Position numbers and translations under genes: made by a program. From a virus (Duplodnaviria > Caudoviricetes): a stretch of DNA of 26,692 nucleotides. How positions within the stretch are numbered: position 1 is the first letter of the stretch; each line of letters opens with the position of its first letter. The notes under the pieces were generated by a model. The model did no database searches, was not told the DNA's origin, and was given only the letters and a program-made list of their open reading frames with translations. This document shows positions 11,136 to 20,492 of the stretch, piece after piece. The stretch spans positions 1-26,692 of IMG/VR virus record IMGVR_UViG_3300038301_000308; one strand, 5' to 3'.

Positions 11136-14100
11136 TTATGGTCGAACATCAATGTATTTTTGTTTTCTAAGTTTATTTAATACTCGACCTTGTGTTCTAT
11201 ATACACAAGCAACGGTGTCGTCATTTTCATCCAAAAGAGCAACAAAGTTAGAGCGAGAAGGGTCAGAAATGCCTGTGTCGAGAGGTTCTGACACTCTTGA
11301 AAGAACAACTAAAACTACCTCGCCTTTGTTAAAATGGCTCTCTGCACTTAAAACTAGACCCAACATACAGGTGGCATTCTTATGTCTGATATTTTCACTT
11401 AGCTTCTTAGCGTAAGTGCTTGGCATATATTCGCCACTATCTACGGTACGATATACAACTCTCTTACCAGAGTCTTGGATCGGATTACGAAGACTGATCT
11501 TGTTTGTTTGATCCATAGGAACTAGAGAATGTTGACTTAAAAGACCTGTATTCACATCAAAGTCTTCTAAAGAAATAAGCGTACTTCCAAGTAAGTCTAT
11601 TTCTGAAAAATCAACCACATCTGGACTATGACCAAGTTGCTCAAAGGGAGCTAAGAATGGATACCCTTCTTCTGTGGTAGATGCCCCTTTAGTAATAGAC
11701 CACAGCTTGTCAGAAATAATAATAGGCTGGATCTCTATAGACTCTGCATTTATAGGTGTTGCTTTAGAACCACAAGTCTGAGGAGAAATAGATCTGTAAT
11801 AACAGGCGATCTGATATCCACTAGCACCGTAGTTAGAGACGGGCATTCTAGGGTAAGACATGACACTTACACGAGTTGTTTCAGGCAATACTGCCGAGAA
11901 ATGTAAATATGTGTCACTTGAACCAAATTTAGACAAGGAAACATCAATAGGGATATTAAAATTGTCGCTCACTCTTATTACAGTCGGGAGGAAAAAGGGG
12001 TCTCCTGTGTAATGCACTCTCCAAGGAAGCCTTACTCCATTCAAACCCTCAGAAATAAACTCTGACGTTATTTGTCCCCCAACTAACTCTACACCTATCT
12101 CACGAGTCCCTTCTCTGAAGAAAACTTCAGGAGGCTGATCAAAAGCATCTACTTGTCTTTGATCTCTACTATACTCCAAGACAGCTCCTGTTGGATATAT
12201 CTCTGAAGACCCTACCAAACTCTCTCCAAATACTGTAGCGGAAGCTCCTTGTTTAGCAGGGTATTCAACGACAAGAGTTATGAAAACACTCCGATCTGAA
12301 CCCACGTCACCATCATTCAAGTTCCCTATAATCTGAGAACCCGCAGAAGCTAAGTCTATTGTCGTATTATTTCTATCTAACACTATTTCTATGTTGTCAG
12401 TTCCAAGTCCTGAAACTTTTTTCAGTTGAGTCCCTCTGTCTATAACTAAAGCACTATTACCATCGTCATGCCAACACTCTAAAACATCTATAACAGAGGT
12501 CCCTGTTGGAGCACACTGTCCAAACATCAAACCATCTTTGGACTTTGCATCCCAATATCTGAATTTTGAACTCGCTTCTAGTTTAGAAATGTCTAAAGAA
12601 ATAATATCTCCCTCATACCACCCTGCATTATTATTGTCTATTTTAGCAACACTTAAAGCCCCATCATAGTTTTCACTGACATCAAACTTTACTTCAAAAA
12701 TAACTCTCTCTAAAACAGGAGCAGTAGAAAACCTTCTAGCGATATGGTCAAACTCACGAATGAATGTTCCTCTTTGTGTGGTATCTCCCACTCCACCATG
12801 AGCTTGAGTCCTACCAATCTCATCACAAACGAGAGGTTTAGTAGAAATACCACCACTACCATTAAAAGAAGGTCTGAAATCACTTGAGTCTATAGCCCAA
12901 GTGTTGTTTTGATTGTCGAGTAGAAGTTGAAACTGTCTCACTAACTCTGAAGAATAATCAAAACCATGTGGGAAGACTGTAGTTCGCAAATCGAGTATAT
13001 CTTCAGCATAAATAAGATCACTAAACTGTCCATCGGGTCTATCTGAATTACTTACACCCACAGCAATAATCGTATCTGTAACTAAAGCATTATTTGAAGT
13101 GGCTTCGTGAGTAGAAAGAAGAGCATTATTTGCATAATGCTCTGGGTCAAAAGCTCCTTGTGATCGTCTAAAGACATAGCAAATTGGGATTGCATACACA
13201 TACCCATCTACAGCACCGAGAGCATTTGAACTTGCTTCCGTACCCTCTCCACAAAAGAACAAACCCGAATCGGTAAAAGGATAAGAGTTTGTCTCTCCAT
13301 CTGCTCTTACGACATCTGCAAAACTTGCACGAGAAAAATGGTAACCAGCCTGTGGAGAACTTTGACCTCCTTGGGCTTCTACGTTTACATTATCAAAGCC
13401 GAAATATTGTGTTTTAGGGTTGATTCCATCTGGGTGTGTCTGACCTTCACCATTGTAATCAACTGAGAAAACTCTGAACCTATACTGTATTTGGACTCTT
13501 TTCGTAGTCACTTCTGAAATAAATGTGTCTATTAAATCACTATCTAAGAATAGACTTGGGTCAGCTTGTGTATTTCCATAAGGATATATTTTTGTAGCGT
13601 TAGGAGCACCTTCTCCGTCTGTGCCTCCACTCGGTTGCCTTATTAGAATATCTCCATGTGTAGAAATAACTACGTTGTTTGAAGCTAGACCACCATTAAT
13701 CGTAAGGAATATGAATTCTGTCCCATTAGTTTCGGCTTCTATGGCTAAACCCAGCGTCGTGGATGTACTTTGCTCATTTATTGCATCTCTAATATTTCTA
13801 GCTGTTTCAGGGATTGTATTCCCGATTTGATAGTCTTGACCGACCGCTAGCGTCACAAACCCACCTCCAACATTTGCAGTACCATCTAAATAGATGTCTC
13901 CGACATTATTAGAGTTTAGTCTGAATGTGGCACTCGCAGGTGAACTTGGCGTGACTAGTTGTTTCCACACTTCAAGAAATACAAAATCTGTTCTTTTAGA
14001 ATCTGGAGGAGAACCCTCTACAGTCGGAGGAGGTAGAGTGATAAGATTAAGAGCAGGATTGTTACTATTAGATCCCGACACCACTATTTCTTCTCCTGCT

Positions 14101-14357
14101 ACATGAGCAACGAAGGATTTAATAGTGAATGCGTTTGGTATTTCTGAATAAAGGAAGTCAAACTCTACTGTTTCTCTAGGAAAAACAGACACAACTCCTG
14201 AAGAAGTTGTGTAATTTGAGTTCTTTCGAGCTATTTCTTGGCTAAGATTAAGTTCACTGTCTAAAACAGATTTCCCGTCTTGAAAGACTACGCTCTCCCA
14301 AGAGCGGTCTGTAGACGTAAGGTTTCTTGAAACTGAGGTTATATGTTTAAGAGTCAT
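11136..14357 (-). CDS. 1073-aa baseplate-peripheral protein with a DUF4815/DUF6519-like N-terminus
   Basis: Motifs WESVVFQDGKSVLDSELNLSQ, RTDFVFLEVW, EVTTKRVQIQYRFRV, DGYVYAIPICYVFRR and RPDGQFSDLIYAEDILDLR, recognised by eye from phage/eCIS baseplate-attached proteins. SD AAGGGG at 14365-14370. Confidence 0.65.
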   Translation of the reverse strand: MTLKHITSVSRNLTSTDRSWESVVFQDGKSVLDSELNLSQEIARKNSNYTTSSGVVSVFPRETVEFDFLYSEIPNAFTIKSFVAHVAGEEIVVSGSNSNNPALNLITLPPPTVEGSPPDSKRTDFVFLEVWKQLVTPSSPASATFRLNSNNVGDIYLDGTANVGGGFVTLAVGQDYQIGNTIPETARNIRDAINEQSTSTTLGLAIEAETNGTEFIFLTINGGLASNNVVISTHGDILIRQPSGGTDGEGAPNATKIYPYGNTQADPSLFLDSDLIDTFISEVTTKRVQIQYRFRVFSVDYNGEGQTHPDGINPKTQYFGFDNVNVEAQGGQSSPQAGYHFSRASFADVVRADGETNSYPFTDSGLFFCGEGTEASSNALGAVDGYVYAIPICYVFRRSQGAFDPEHYANNALLSTHEATSNNALVTDTIIAVGVSNSDRPDGQFSDLIYAEDILDLRTTVFPHGFDYSSELVRQFQLLLDNQNNTWAIDSSDFRPSFNGSGGISTKPLVCDEIGRTQAHGGVGDTTQRGTFIREFDHIARRFSTAPVLERVIFEVKFDVSENYDGALSVAKIDNNNAGWYEGDIISLDISKLEASSKFRYWDAKSKDGLMFGQCAPTGTSVIDVLECWHDDGNSALVIDRGTQLKKVSGLGTDNIEIVLDRNNTTIDLASAGSQIIGNLNDGDVGSDRSVFITLVVEYPAKQGASATVFGESLVGSSEIYPTGAVLEYSRDQRQVDAFDQPPEVFFREGTREIGVELVGGQITSEFISEGLNGVRLPWRVHYTGDPFFLPTVIRVSDNFNIPIDVSLSKFGSSDTYLHFSAVLPETTRVSVMSYPRMPVSNYGASGYQIACYYRSISPQTCGSKATPINAESIEIQPIIISDKLWSITKGASTTEEGYPFLAPFEQLGHSPDVVDFSEIDLLGSTLISLEDFDVNTGLLSQHSLVPMDQTNKISLRNPIQDSGKRVVYRTVDSGEYMPSTYAKKLSENIRHKNATCMLGLVLSAESHFNKGEVVLVVLSRVSEPLDTGISDPSRSNFVALLDENDDTVACVYRTQGRVLNKLRKQKYIDVRP

Positions 14358-14368
14358 TTATGTTCCCC

Positions 14369-14986
14369 TTAAAAAGTAAGTCGCCAAGTTATTGCGAGAA
14401 CAGAACCTTGTGGCTTGTTAATCACAGGAAATGTGAGATAATTAGCAAGCACATCATAGTTCCTCAAATCTCTTGCGACATCTCTATTTTGTGGATCTTG
14501 GTCATTTGGTGTTCCTACATTTATGTCTACAGGAGAAATAAGACCCATCTCATTCAAACCACTGTTAGCTTCGTTTTCTGAGAATACTGTAGTAAAATCA
14601 ATCACATTAGTAGGCACAGAGGATACAGTGCCATCCGCAGAACGATATACTACAGAAGAAAACTGTTTCCGTTCTTCTTCTATGTTCAACCTTCTTTGTT
14701 GGTCTGTCGCTATATCTGGAGAACTAGCATCCCCATTAGCCCCACTCCCCACAGCTAAGACTTTCAGACCTGAAATACCTGCTTCTCCTTTAAATAACAT
14801 AGAAGCAAAAACACCACCATCTAGAGTGTATATGTTTTTCTTATCAAGTACTGTTTCTTTTTCGCCATTAGCAAAGGTTAAAGTAGCCTTAACTTCCCCA
14901 AGAACAGAAATACCTGTTTCTCTGAAATTAAACCCAAAACCTAGTCCAGTCGTAGTGGGTGCAGGGATAAAGTCTTTATTTTTCAT
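14369..14986 (-). CDS. 205-aa small baseplate/tail-collar-fibre-like protein (DUF3751-like), copy B
   Basis: Motifs LAVGSG, IDFTTVFSENEAN, LNEMGL and YLTFPVINKPQGSVLAITWRLTF. Strong SD TAAGGAGG at 14992-14999. Confidence 0.7.
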   Translation of the reverse strand: MKNKDFIPAPTTTGLGFGFNFRETGISVLGEVKATLTFANGEKETVLDKKNIYTLDGGVFASMLFKGEAGISGLKVLAVGSGANGDASSPDIATDQQRRLNIEEERKQFSSVVYRSADGTVSSVPTNVIDFTTVFSENEANSGLNEMGLISPVDINVGTPNDQDPQNRDVARDLRNYDVLANYLTFPVINKPQGSVLAITWRLTF

Positions 14987-14991
14987 GTTGT

Positions 14992-14999
14992 CCTCCTTA
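14992..14999 (-). promoter_or_regulatory. Strongest Shine-Dalgarno in the window (TAAGGAGG), for the 205-aa gene
   Basis: TAAGGAGG-ACAAC-ATG. Confidence 0.8.
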
Positions 15000-15005
15000 T
15001 CGGGG

Positions 15006-15036
15006 TTATATGTTAGGATATAATACCAACATATAA
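15006..15036 (-). promoter_or_regulatory. RNA hairpin just upstream of the SD of the 205-aa gene
   Basis: Minus strand TTATATGTTGG-(9 nt)-CTAACATATAA forms an 11-bp stem with one G-U pair, 6 nt before TAAGGAGG. No U-tract follows. Confidence 0.55.
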
Positions 15037-15075
15037 ATCATCAACAGTAAGAAAGAATATAAAGACTATTACATT

Positions 15076-15843
15076 TTAAGTCCCAAAGGTAATCGTATAA
15101 GAAACTTCTAGTGTACCGTCATTAGTCTTAGTAATCGTGTTTGCTAAGACTCTGCGAGCAAACATCCTCATCTTATTTGTGCTGTGGGGGTAGTTTCTTG
15201 AAGCGGTGTTCGTATTGGCTACAAAACCGTTCCCATCAATGTTCTCTCCTGCTGTCCAAAGAGCTATCTCTGAAATCTCTATATTCCCTTCACCTGTGCC
15301 AAAAGTGGTGGTGAATTTTATCTTCTTAGCTTCTGGGTAAGTGAAAGAATCAATCTTCCTACAATACTTAGCATCATTTTCTGTGGTAGCTGAATCATCC
15401 CCTGCTGTTGTAGGTGCGAACTGACTGTCCACCATAGTAACAAGATAAGTAGGCTCTGCAACGTCTGTATTGACAGCATTATGTGCATTACCTTGACCAT
15501 CTGTACCTGTGTTTGTACCTACCGCTACCCAACCGATCATATTTGAGTGGTTGCTTTGTTCAATGTCTGTCTGACCTGCTACACCAGCGGGGCCTATATA
15601 ATCAAACCCTGTTGGGTAATTGGCAGTGTCTGTGTAAGTACGTTGGTCGCCTAGTAGCACACCTAAACCACCTCTATCGGGTGCTACATAGGGAGAGGCA
15701 TTTGTCCCAGACATTGGAGCAAGACAATCCATAAGAATGTTGTTAGACATCTCAGTAAGAGAGTTTGAACCCTCTTCTATTTGGACAATCTCTCCGTTTT
15801 TATTTCTTAGAACGCACTTAACGTAGCCTTTGATTTTCAACAT
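15076..15843 (-). CDS. 255-aa small baseplate/tail-collar-fibre-like protein (DUF3751-like), copy A
   Basis: Motifs VAVGTN, IKFTTTFGTGEGN, ISEIAL and MFARRVLANTITKTNDGTLEVSYTITF parallel those of the 205-aa neighbour. SD AAGGAG at 15851-15856. Confidence 0.7.
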   Translation of the reverse strand: MLKIKGYVKCVLRNKNGEIVQIEEGSNSLTEMSNNILMDCLAPMSGTNASPYVAPDRGGLGVLLGDQRTYTDTANYPTGFDYIGPAGVAGQTDIEQSNHSNMIGWVAVGTNTGTDGQGNAHNAVNTDVAEPTYLVTMVDSQFAPTTAGDDSATTENDAKYCRKIDSFTYPEAKKIKFTTTFGTGEGNIEISEIALWTAGENIDGNGFVANTNTASRNYPHSTNKMRMFARRVLANTITKTNDGTLEVSYTITFGT

Positions 15844-15890
15844 GGTCTATCTCCTTTTTGAAAGGGTGAGTTAATAAAAGATTAAAAAAT

Positions 15891-18800
15891 CTATTTGATG
15901 TAAATGTTACCATCATTTCTTATAAAGAATACGAAATGATTAGTGTTGGAAGTTAAAGTGTTAAAGTTAACAAGAGGTGGAGGATTTAGTTGTGTATAGT
16001 CGGGTTCATCGGGTGCAGGTAAGTCAGTCACATAGGTTTCTAAATGAAGAGAAATCTTATCGGGGTCAGATACTGACATAAGATAATGGACATTAGTGTT
16101 CAATGTCAGATATAGAGGTGCAGAAGTGTAGCTAAAAGGAGATAAGGAACTAGATAGTGCTATCTTATCAGCATCATTATGATCCCAAACAAATGCAGGG
16201 AAGTTTCCCCCAATATCTCTCTCTATTGCATTCAAAGACTGCTCATTGTTGAAATAATCAAAGCTGTTAGCAGATGTAGGTTGTATAGGTTTAATCTGAA
16301 TGTACATATCTTCTGTATGTTCGTAGTTTAAAAACAAATACGCTCTAAGAGGCAAAACACCGCCAGATGGGATGTTGTGGTAAGGTGAGTACCTGTCTAA
16401 GTAAGCAGGTAGTGTGCCTTTTTTAACGATAGGGAAGAGAGGGTCATTGACAAACCGCTCTCCTACAATAGGAAGGTTTTTTATGTTTGTATTATCTCTA
16501 TCATTTTGAAGCCCTAAATCGACCACATCGAAATAGTAAGAATATGTAGCATAACTTCTCACAGGATTTTGAATATAGTGTGGATTAAAAGTGTGTTCGT
16601 TATTTGTCACTTCTGTAGGAAATAACTCAAACCACACATACTCATCGGGGTTGCTTGAAAAGCTTTTTTGAGGGAAATCTTTCATTTTTTCGTTTGGATC
16701 TACACTATTGCTATATTTTACTTGGACAGCCATTTTCATGTTGTACTCAGACTCATGAGAAACAACTCCATTATAGCCCAAAGACTGAACTTCAAGAAAT
16801 AACCGATCTCCTAGCTTAACAGGAAAATCTGAGTCTCCCTCTACATAAAGGTCTACAACATTTTGTCTTATGTTAGTCGGTGTTGCAGAATTGTGATAAG
16901 CCTCATTATTGACAAACTGATCTGTAGGTTGGTCTACATTTAAAATACTAGAAAGTCTTAAAGTATTTCCGATGTTGTCTCTCCAACTAGGGTTTCGGAT
17001 GTCAAATATGGGTTTTTGATCAACTTCAGAAAACTGGCCTGTCGCTTCAATAGAGGGGTAATAAAGTTTTTTATAGATCGGGTCAGGTCCTTTTTGGGGG
17101 TCTACTTTATATAATGTGATGTTGAAGTCGAAGCTGTTATCTAGGAGATCATTATCAACTTTTAGGGCAATAAGAAGACTGACCGAATGTTCAATCTCTA
17201 CATATTCATCGGTCGGCTCAACTACTTCATTAGTGAAAGCATCTGGTTCAAGATCTATCCTATATATTGTGTTTGCTGACACACCCTCGTCTGAAACTAA
17301 AACGATTTCCTCATTGCCGGCCTCTCCCGCAACTACGGGAGAAAAAGCAAACTCTGCTGTAGGAACGTCGTCTGAAATAACTGTGGTTTCTTCTTCAGAA
17401 ATAGGGCTGAACCTATAAGCAACAAGATCAGTTTCATCCATCTCATCGGAAACTACTATAGTTTCCATATGTTGGACACCTACGACAGGGAATCTTATTT
17501 CTACATCATCTGTATTTAAACCTGCTAAGATTTCTTCTTCTAGCACATCTCCTGCACCAACCACAAATCTGTAGTCTACACTTACTTCTTCGTCAGAAAG
17601 TCCTACCACATCTGCAACGTCCACTTCTTCTGAAGAGAGCAGGTGAAATACAGTAAATAGAGGGTCATCTGAAACACCTACGGTGTCTATCAATGCTTCT
17701 CCTATAATGAAGTTCCCGTTTAAAATCAGAGTAGCGTCTTCAACTAAAGGAAGCACATCCCCCAAAGAAATAGAGAAGGTGGTTTCTAAGTCCTCTCCAT
17801 CGCTTAGGTTCACTACTTCAACTTCTAAGTCTGAGTCATCTTGATAAGCGAGGAGTAACTCTTCTTGGTTGTCGTCATTGATCACCACACTATCTTCTAA
17901 GAAAACACCATAGAAATACCTTGCTAAAAGGTCTATTTCTTCTTTTGATTGGAAATTTATTCTTAACCCAGTGCTCTCTAAAACTTCTCTTCTATTTAAT
18001 ATGCTTCTTATTCCTATGAGAGAAGAAGTGAGATTTAAAGAGAGTGAGGGTCTAACTCTCTCTATTGTATGTTTGACTGCTTTGATAGGGCTTATAAAGG
18101 GGTGTCCTTTTATTTCTATTCTTGTCAAATCGTCTTCAAAGAAGATTTCTTCGGCTTCTATCCCTTTTTCTTTACTTTGTTTTAAATAGAGGTCGAGTCT
18201 AGGTTCGTCTGTGGGGAAGTCTGAACTAATTGCCCTACCCTGTGGATTTTGCATTAGTTCTTCTGGAGAATTTCCTTTTCTGTTTAGAGAAGGGACTGAG
18301 AAATCTACTTGACCTTCACTGAAAATAGCACCCTTATACCAATTCTGCATAGTGTAGGGGGTGCTAGAAATAGATACGATATTGACTGTAGTGCCATCTT
18401 CAATGTCCTCTATATACAAACCCCTAGTTCGTATAGAAAAACCATACTCGTTTAAATCTGAGTCTTGTATAGACACAATGAAATCTGGCTTAAAACCTAA
18501 AGAGTTAAAAGAAACTACGCCCCCATACACTGAAATAGTTTTTTTAGCATAGTCTCGCACACCGCTTACATTAGAAGAAATAGGGTTGAAGCTATTCAAC
18601 GAGAAGTGAGTGTTAGAGTTATACTTTGTGTTTTTTTCTAGTAGGATTTGATTATTAGAAGGATCATTACCCCCATAAGTGTTTAGCCCAAAAGTACCTT
18701 GTAGTGTTGCTTCAGATTTAAACAAGTCTGTGTTTTTTGGCTCAATAGGAGAAGTAGGGTAAATGCCAATGGTGGGAGAAGATTTCACATTAGATTTTAT

Positions 18801-20492
18801 AGTGGCAGGCTTCTTTGGACGGACTGTTGCTTTACTGCGTCTAGTGTTTCTCGAAGCGTTTAGGACGAACTGCTCTGAGTTTAAGTCCGTAAAGTTGACA
18901 AGATCATCTTCGCCTAGAGGGACTCTTATTTCTATTATTTTATTATCATATAACTCGACATGATCTTTGAACTTTAAGCTGACTTTATTGGAAACACCGC
19001 CTACAGAAATATAGTAAGGGTAGTATTCTTCTATCTCAATAAAGCCGTTAAGTGGGGTGATACTTTCTTTGAGTATTGGAACACCTTTAAAACTTCTTCT
19101 CAAAGGTACATTCAACTCTGAATAAAACGCACCACCTGACTCTCTTACAGTAACCGTAACATTTCTATTTTTTAAGGGAGGTGTTTTCCAGCTATACTCT
19201 AAAAAAGTTATTTCTTGCAGTCCTGCTTGGACACCTATAGCAGAATCAAGTGTGATTTCTGAGGCTCTCAAGTAATAAAGATTTTTTGCCCTCTTGTCCG
19301 AGAAATAAGCTTGTCCCTCTATTATAAGAACCTCGTTATTTCCGATTCTTTCATCTAAAGAAATAAACCCATTTGTAATGGTATAAGACCCAATCCTATT
19401 ATGTCTGACTATGTTTACATCGTACACGCCATCCGGAGCTGTCACGTCTTCTATACTCTTTACGGTTCTCCGTTTTCCTCCAATAGAAACACTGTCTAAA
19501 ACAGACACGAGAGCTTGAGATATTCTGACTTTTTGATTGTTATAATAACAAAGAAGTACGTTCTCCCAAGTACCTGCTCTTACTTTTCTCATGTTTTCTT
19601 GGTGGGAACTCCCCAAAGAAAAAATAAAACTCTCTTCATTCTGTGGGATTATTTCAGAAACTACACCATCCTCTTTTTTAAAGTTAAGAGTAGTCCCACT
19701 TGGCTTAGAGATATTTTCTTCAAGAACAGAAGAAATCTCCCCTATTTTTAGATGGGCAGGTTTAGTTGTCTTGAGAACTTTTCTTAGGTTCTCTTGCTCT
19801 TCAAGAGAACTTGAAGAAATACCAAGTTCCAAAGAATGTGTATGTCCCTTATAAGGTTGAACTACTCCATCTATTACTTCATGGTAGTGGAGTCCTTCGC
19901 CCCAACTCTTACCGATTGGAGCAGAAGTAGACCCCAACCCTTTAGACTGAGCATAGACAATGTGTCTATGTTTGACAGTAGTCTGGTCTGTAGGGTTTTC
20001 TGTGTATCTGATAGTAGAAGAATAAATAGAAATAATATGCTGACTTATTTTTCTCAGCTCTATCAGATCCCCATCCTTTGTACTCTCTAAAGCTTTGGAA
20101 ATACTTTCTTCTGTAGAACCTGAAAGAAGACTTTGTACTATTTCTTCACAAAGGTTCTTTAATTTTACGGTGTCTGAAATATTAGGGATGTTCTCATCTT
20201 CAAAGATCAAAGACAGGAGTTTTGAATAAATAAACTCAGGTCTTAAGTCTGAGAAAGAAGAGTCGTCTTGGAGATCTGAAATATCTATAAATACTTCTGC
20301 AATGATTTTAGCCACTGCCTCAAAAAATATTCTTTGATTAGAGCCATAGTGCTGAAAATTATAGTTAGAAGCTGTGGCGTTAGCTAAGTTGAGAGAGACT
20401 TGCTCTGAGATATAGTCTATAAAGTTAGTCTTACTCTGAGAAGAAGACCCTAGAGGATCTTTGCCTTGACGAAGATCGTTGAGAAACTTCAT
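15891..20492 (-). CDS. 1533-aa baseplate wedge/scaffold protein with a P2 gpI / Mu gp48-like N-terminal region, HxH insert and acidic repeats
   Basis: Follows baseplate J with a TAATG stop/start overlap at 20490-20494. The helical N-terminus contains LLSGSTEESISKAL and ends in LRKVLKTTKPAHL, the KPAH motif typical of gpI/gp48-like proteins. SD GAGGT at 20499-20503. Confidence 0.7.
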   Translation of the reverse strand: MKFLNDLRQGKDPLGSSSQSKTNFIDYISEQVSLNLANATASNYNFQHYGSNQRIFFEAVAKIIAEVFIDISDLQDDSSFSDLRPEFIYSKLLSLIFEDENIPNISDTVKLKNLCEEIVQSLLSGSTEESISKALESTKDGDLIELRKISQHIISIYSSTIRYTENPTDQTTVKHRHIVYAQSKGLGSTSAPIGKSWGEGLHYHEVIDGVVQPYKGHTHSLELGISSSSLEEQENLRKVLKTTKPAHLKIGEISSVLEENISKPSGTTLNFKKEDGVVSEIIPQNEESFIFSLGSSHQENMRKVRAGTWENVLLCYYNNQKVRISQALVSVLDSVSIGGKRRTVKSIEDVTAPDGVYDVNIVRHNRIGSYTITNGFISLDERIGNNEVLIIEGQAYFSDKRAKNLYYLRASEITLDSAIGVQAGLQEITFLEYSWKTPPLKNRNVTVTVRESGGAFYSELNVPLRRSFKGVPILKESITPLNGFIEIEEYYPYYISVGGVSNKVSLKFKDHVELYDNKIIEIRVPLGEDDLVNFTDLNSEQFVLNASRNTRRSKATVRPKKPATIKSNVKSSPTIGIYPTSPIEPKNTDLFKSEATLQGTFGLNTYGGNDPSNNQILLEKNTKYNSNTHFSLNSFNPISSNVSGVRDYAKKTISVYGGVVSFNSLGFKPDFIVSIQDSDLNEYGFSIRTRGLYIEDIEDGTTVNIVSISSTPYTMQNWYKGAIFSEGQVDFSVPSLNRKGNSPEELMQNPQGRAISSDFPTDEPRLDLYLKQSKEKGIEAEEIFFEDDLTRIEIKGHPFISPIKAVKHTIERVRPSLSLNLTSSLIGIRSILNRREVLESTGLRINFQSKEEIDLLARYFYGVFLEDSVVINDDNQEELLLAYQDDSDLEVEVVNLSDGEDLETTFSISLGDVLPLVEDATLILNGNFIIGEALIDTVGVSDDPLFTVFHLLSSEEVDVADVVGLSDEEVSVDYRFVVGAGDVLEEEILAGLNTDDVEIRFPVVGVQHMETIVVSDEMDETDLVAYRFSPISEEETTVISDDVPTAEFAFSPVVAGEAGNEEIVLVSDEGVSANTIYRIDLEPDAFTNEVVEPTDEYVEIEHSVSLLIALKVDNDLLDNSFDFNITLYKVDPQKGPDPIYKKLYYPSIEATGQFSEVDQKPIFDIRNPSWRDNIGNTLRLSSILNVDQPTDQFVNNEAYHNSATPTNIRQNVVDLYVEGDSDFPVKLGDRLFLEVQSLGYNGVVSHESEYNMKMAVQVKYSNSVDPNEKMKDFPQKSFSSNPDEYVWFELFPTEVTNNEHTFNPHYIQNPVRSYATYSYYFDVVDLGLQNDRDNTNIKNLPIVGERFVNDPLFPIVKKGTLPAYLDRYSPYHNIPSGGVLPLRAYLFLNYEHTEDMYIQIKPIQPTSANSFDYFNNEQSLNAIERDIGGNFPAFVWDHNDADKIALSSSLSPFSYTSAPLYLTLNTNVHYLMSVSDPDKISLHLETYVTDLPAPDEPDYTQLNPPPLVNFNTLTSNTNHFVFFIRNDGNIYIK
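17190..17910 (-). repeat. About 10 degenerate acidic protein repeats of about 24-27 aa inside the 1533-aa protein
   Basis: Cores DSVVINDD, EVVNLSDG, DVLPLVED, DTVGVSDD, DVVGLSDE, EILAGLNTDD, ETIVVSDE, ETTVISDD, EIVLVSDE, EVVEPTDE. Several are followed by YRF, IRF, FAF or YRI. Confidence 0.75.

Noticed and set aside
15019-15024. Perfect TATAAT on the plus strand (antisense promoter)
   Set aside because: No -35 element or extended TG, and it is expected by chance at this AT content.
15851-15870. Stem occluding the SD of the 255-aa gene
   Set aside because: Only about 5-7 mostly A-U pairs with a 3-nt loop and a bulge; too weak to claim.
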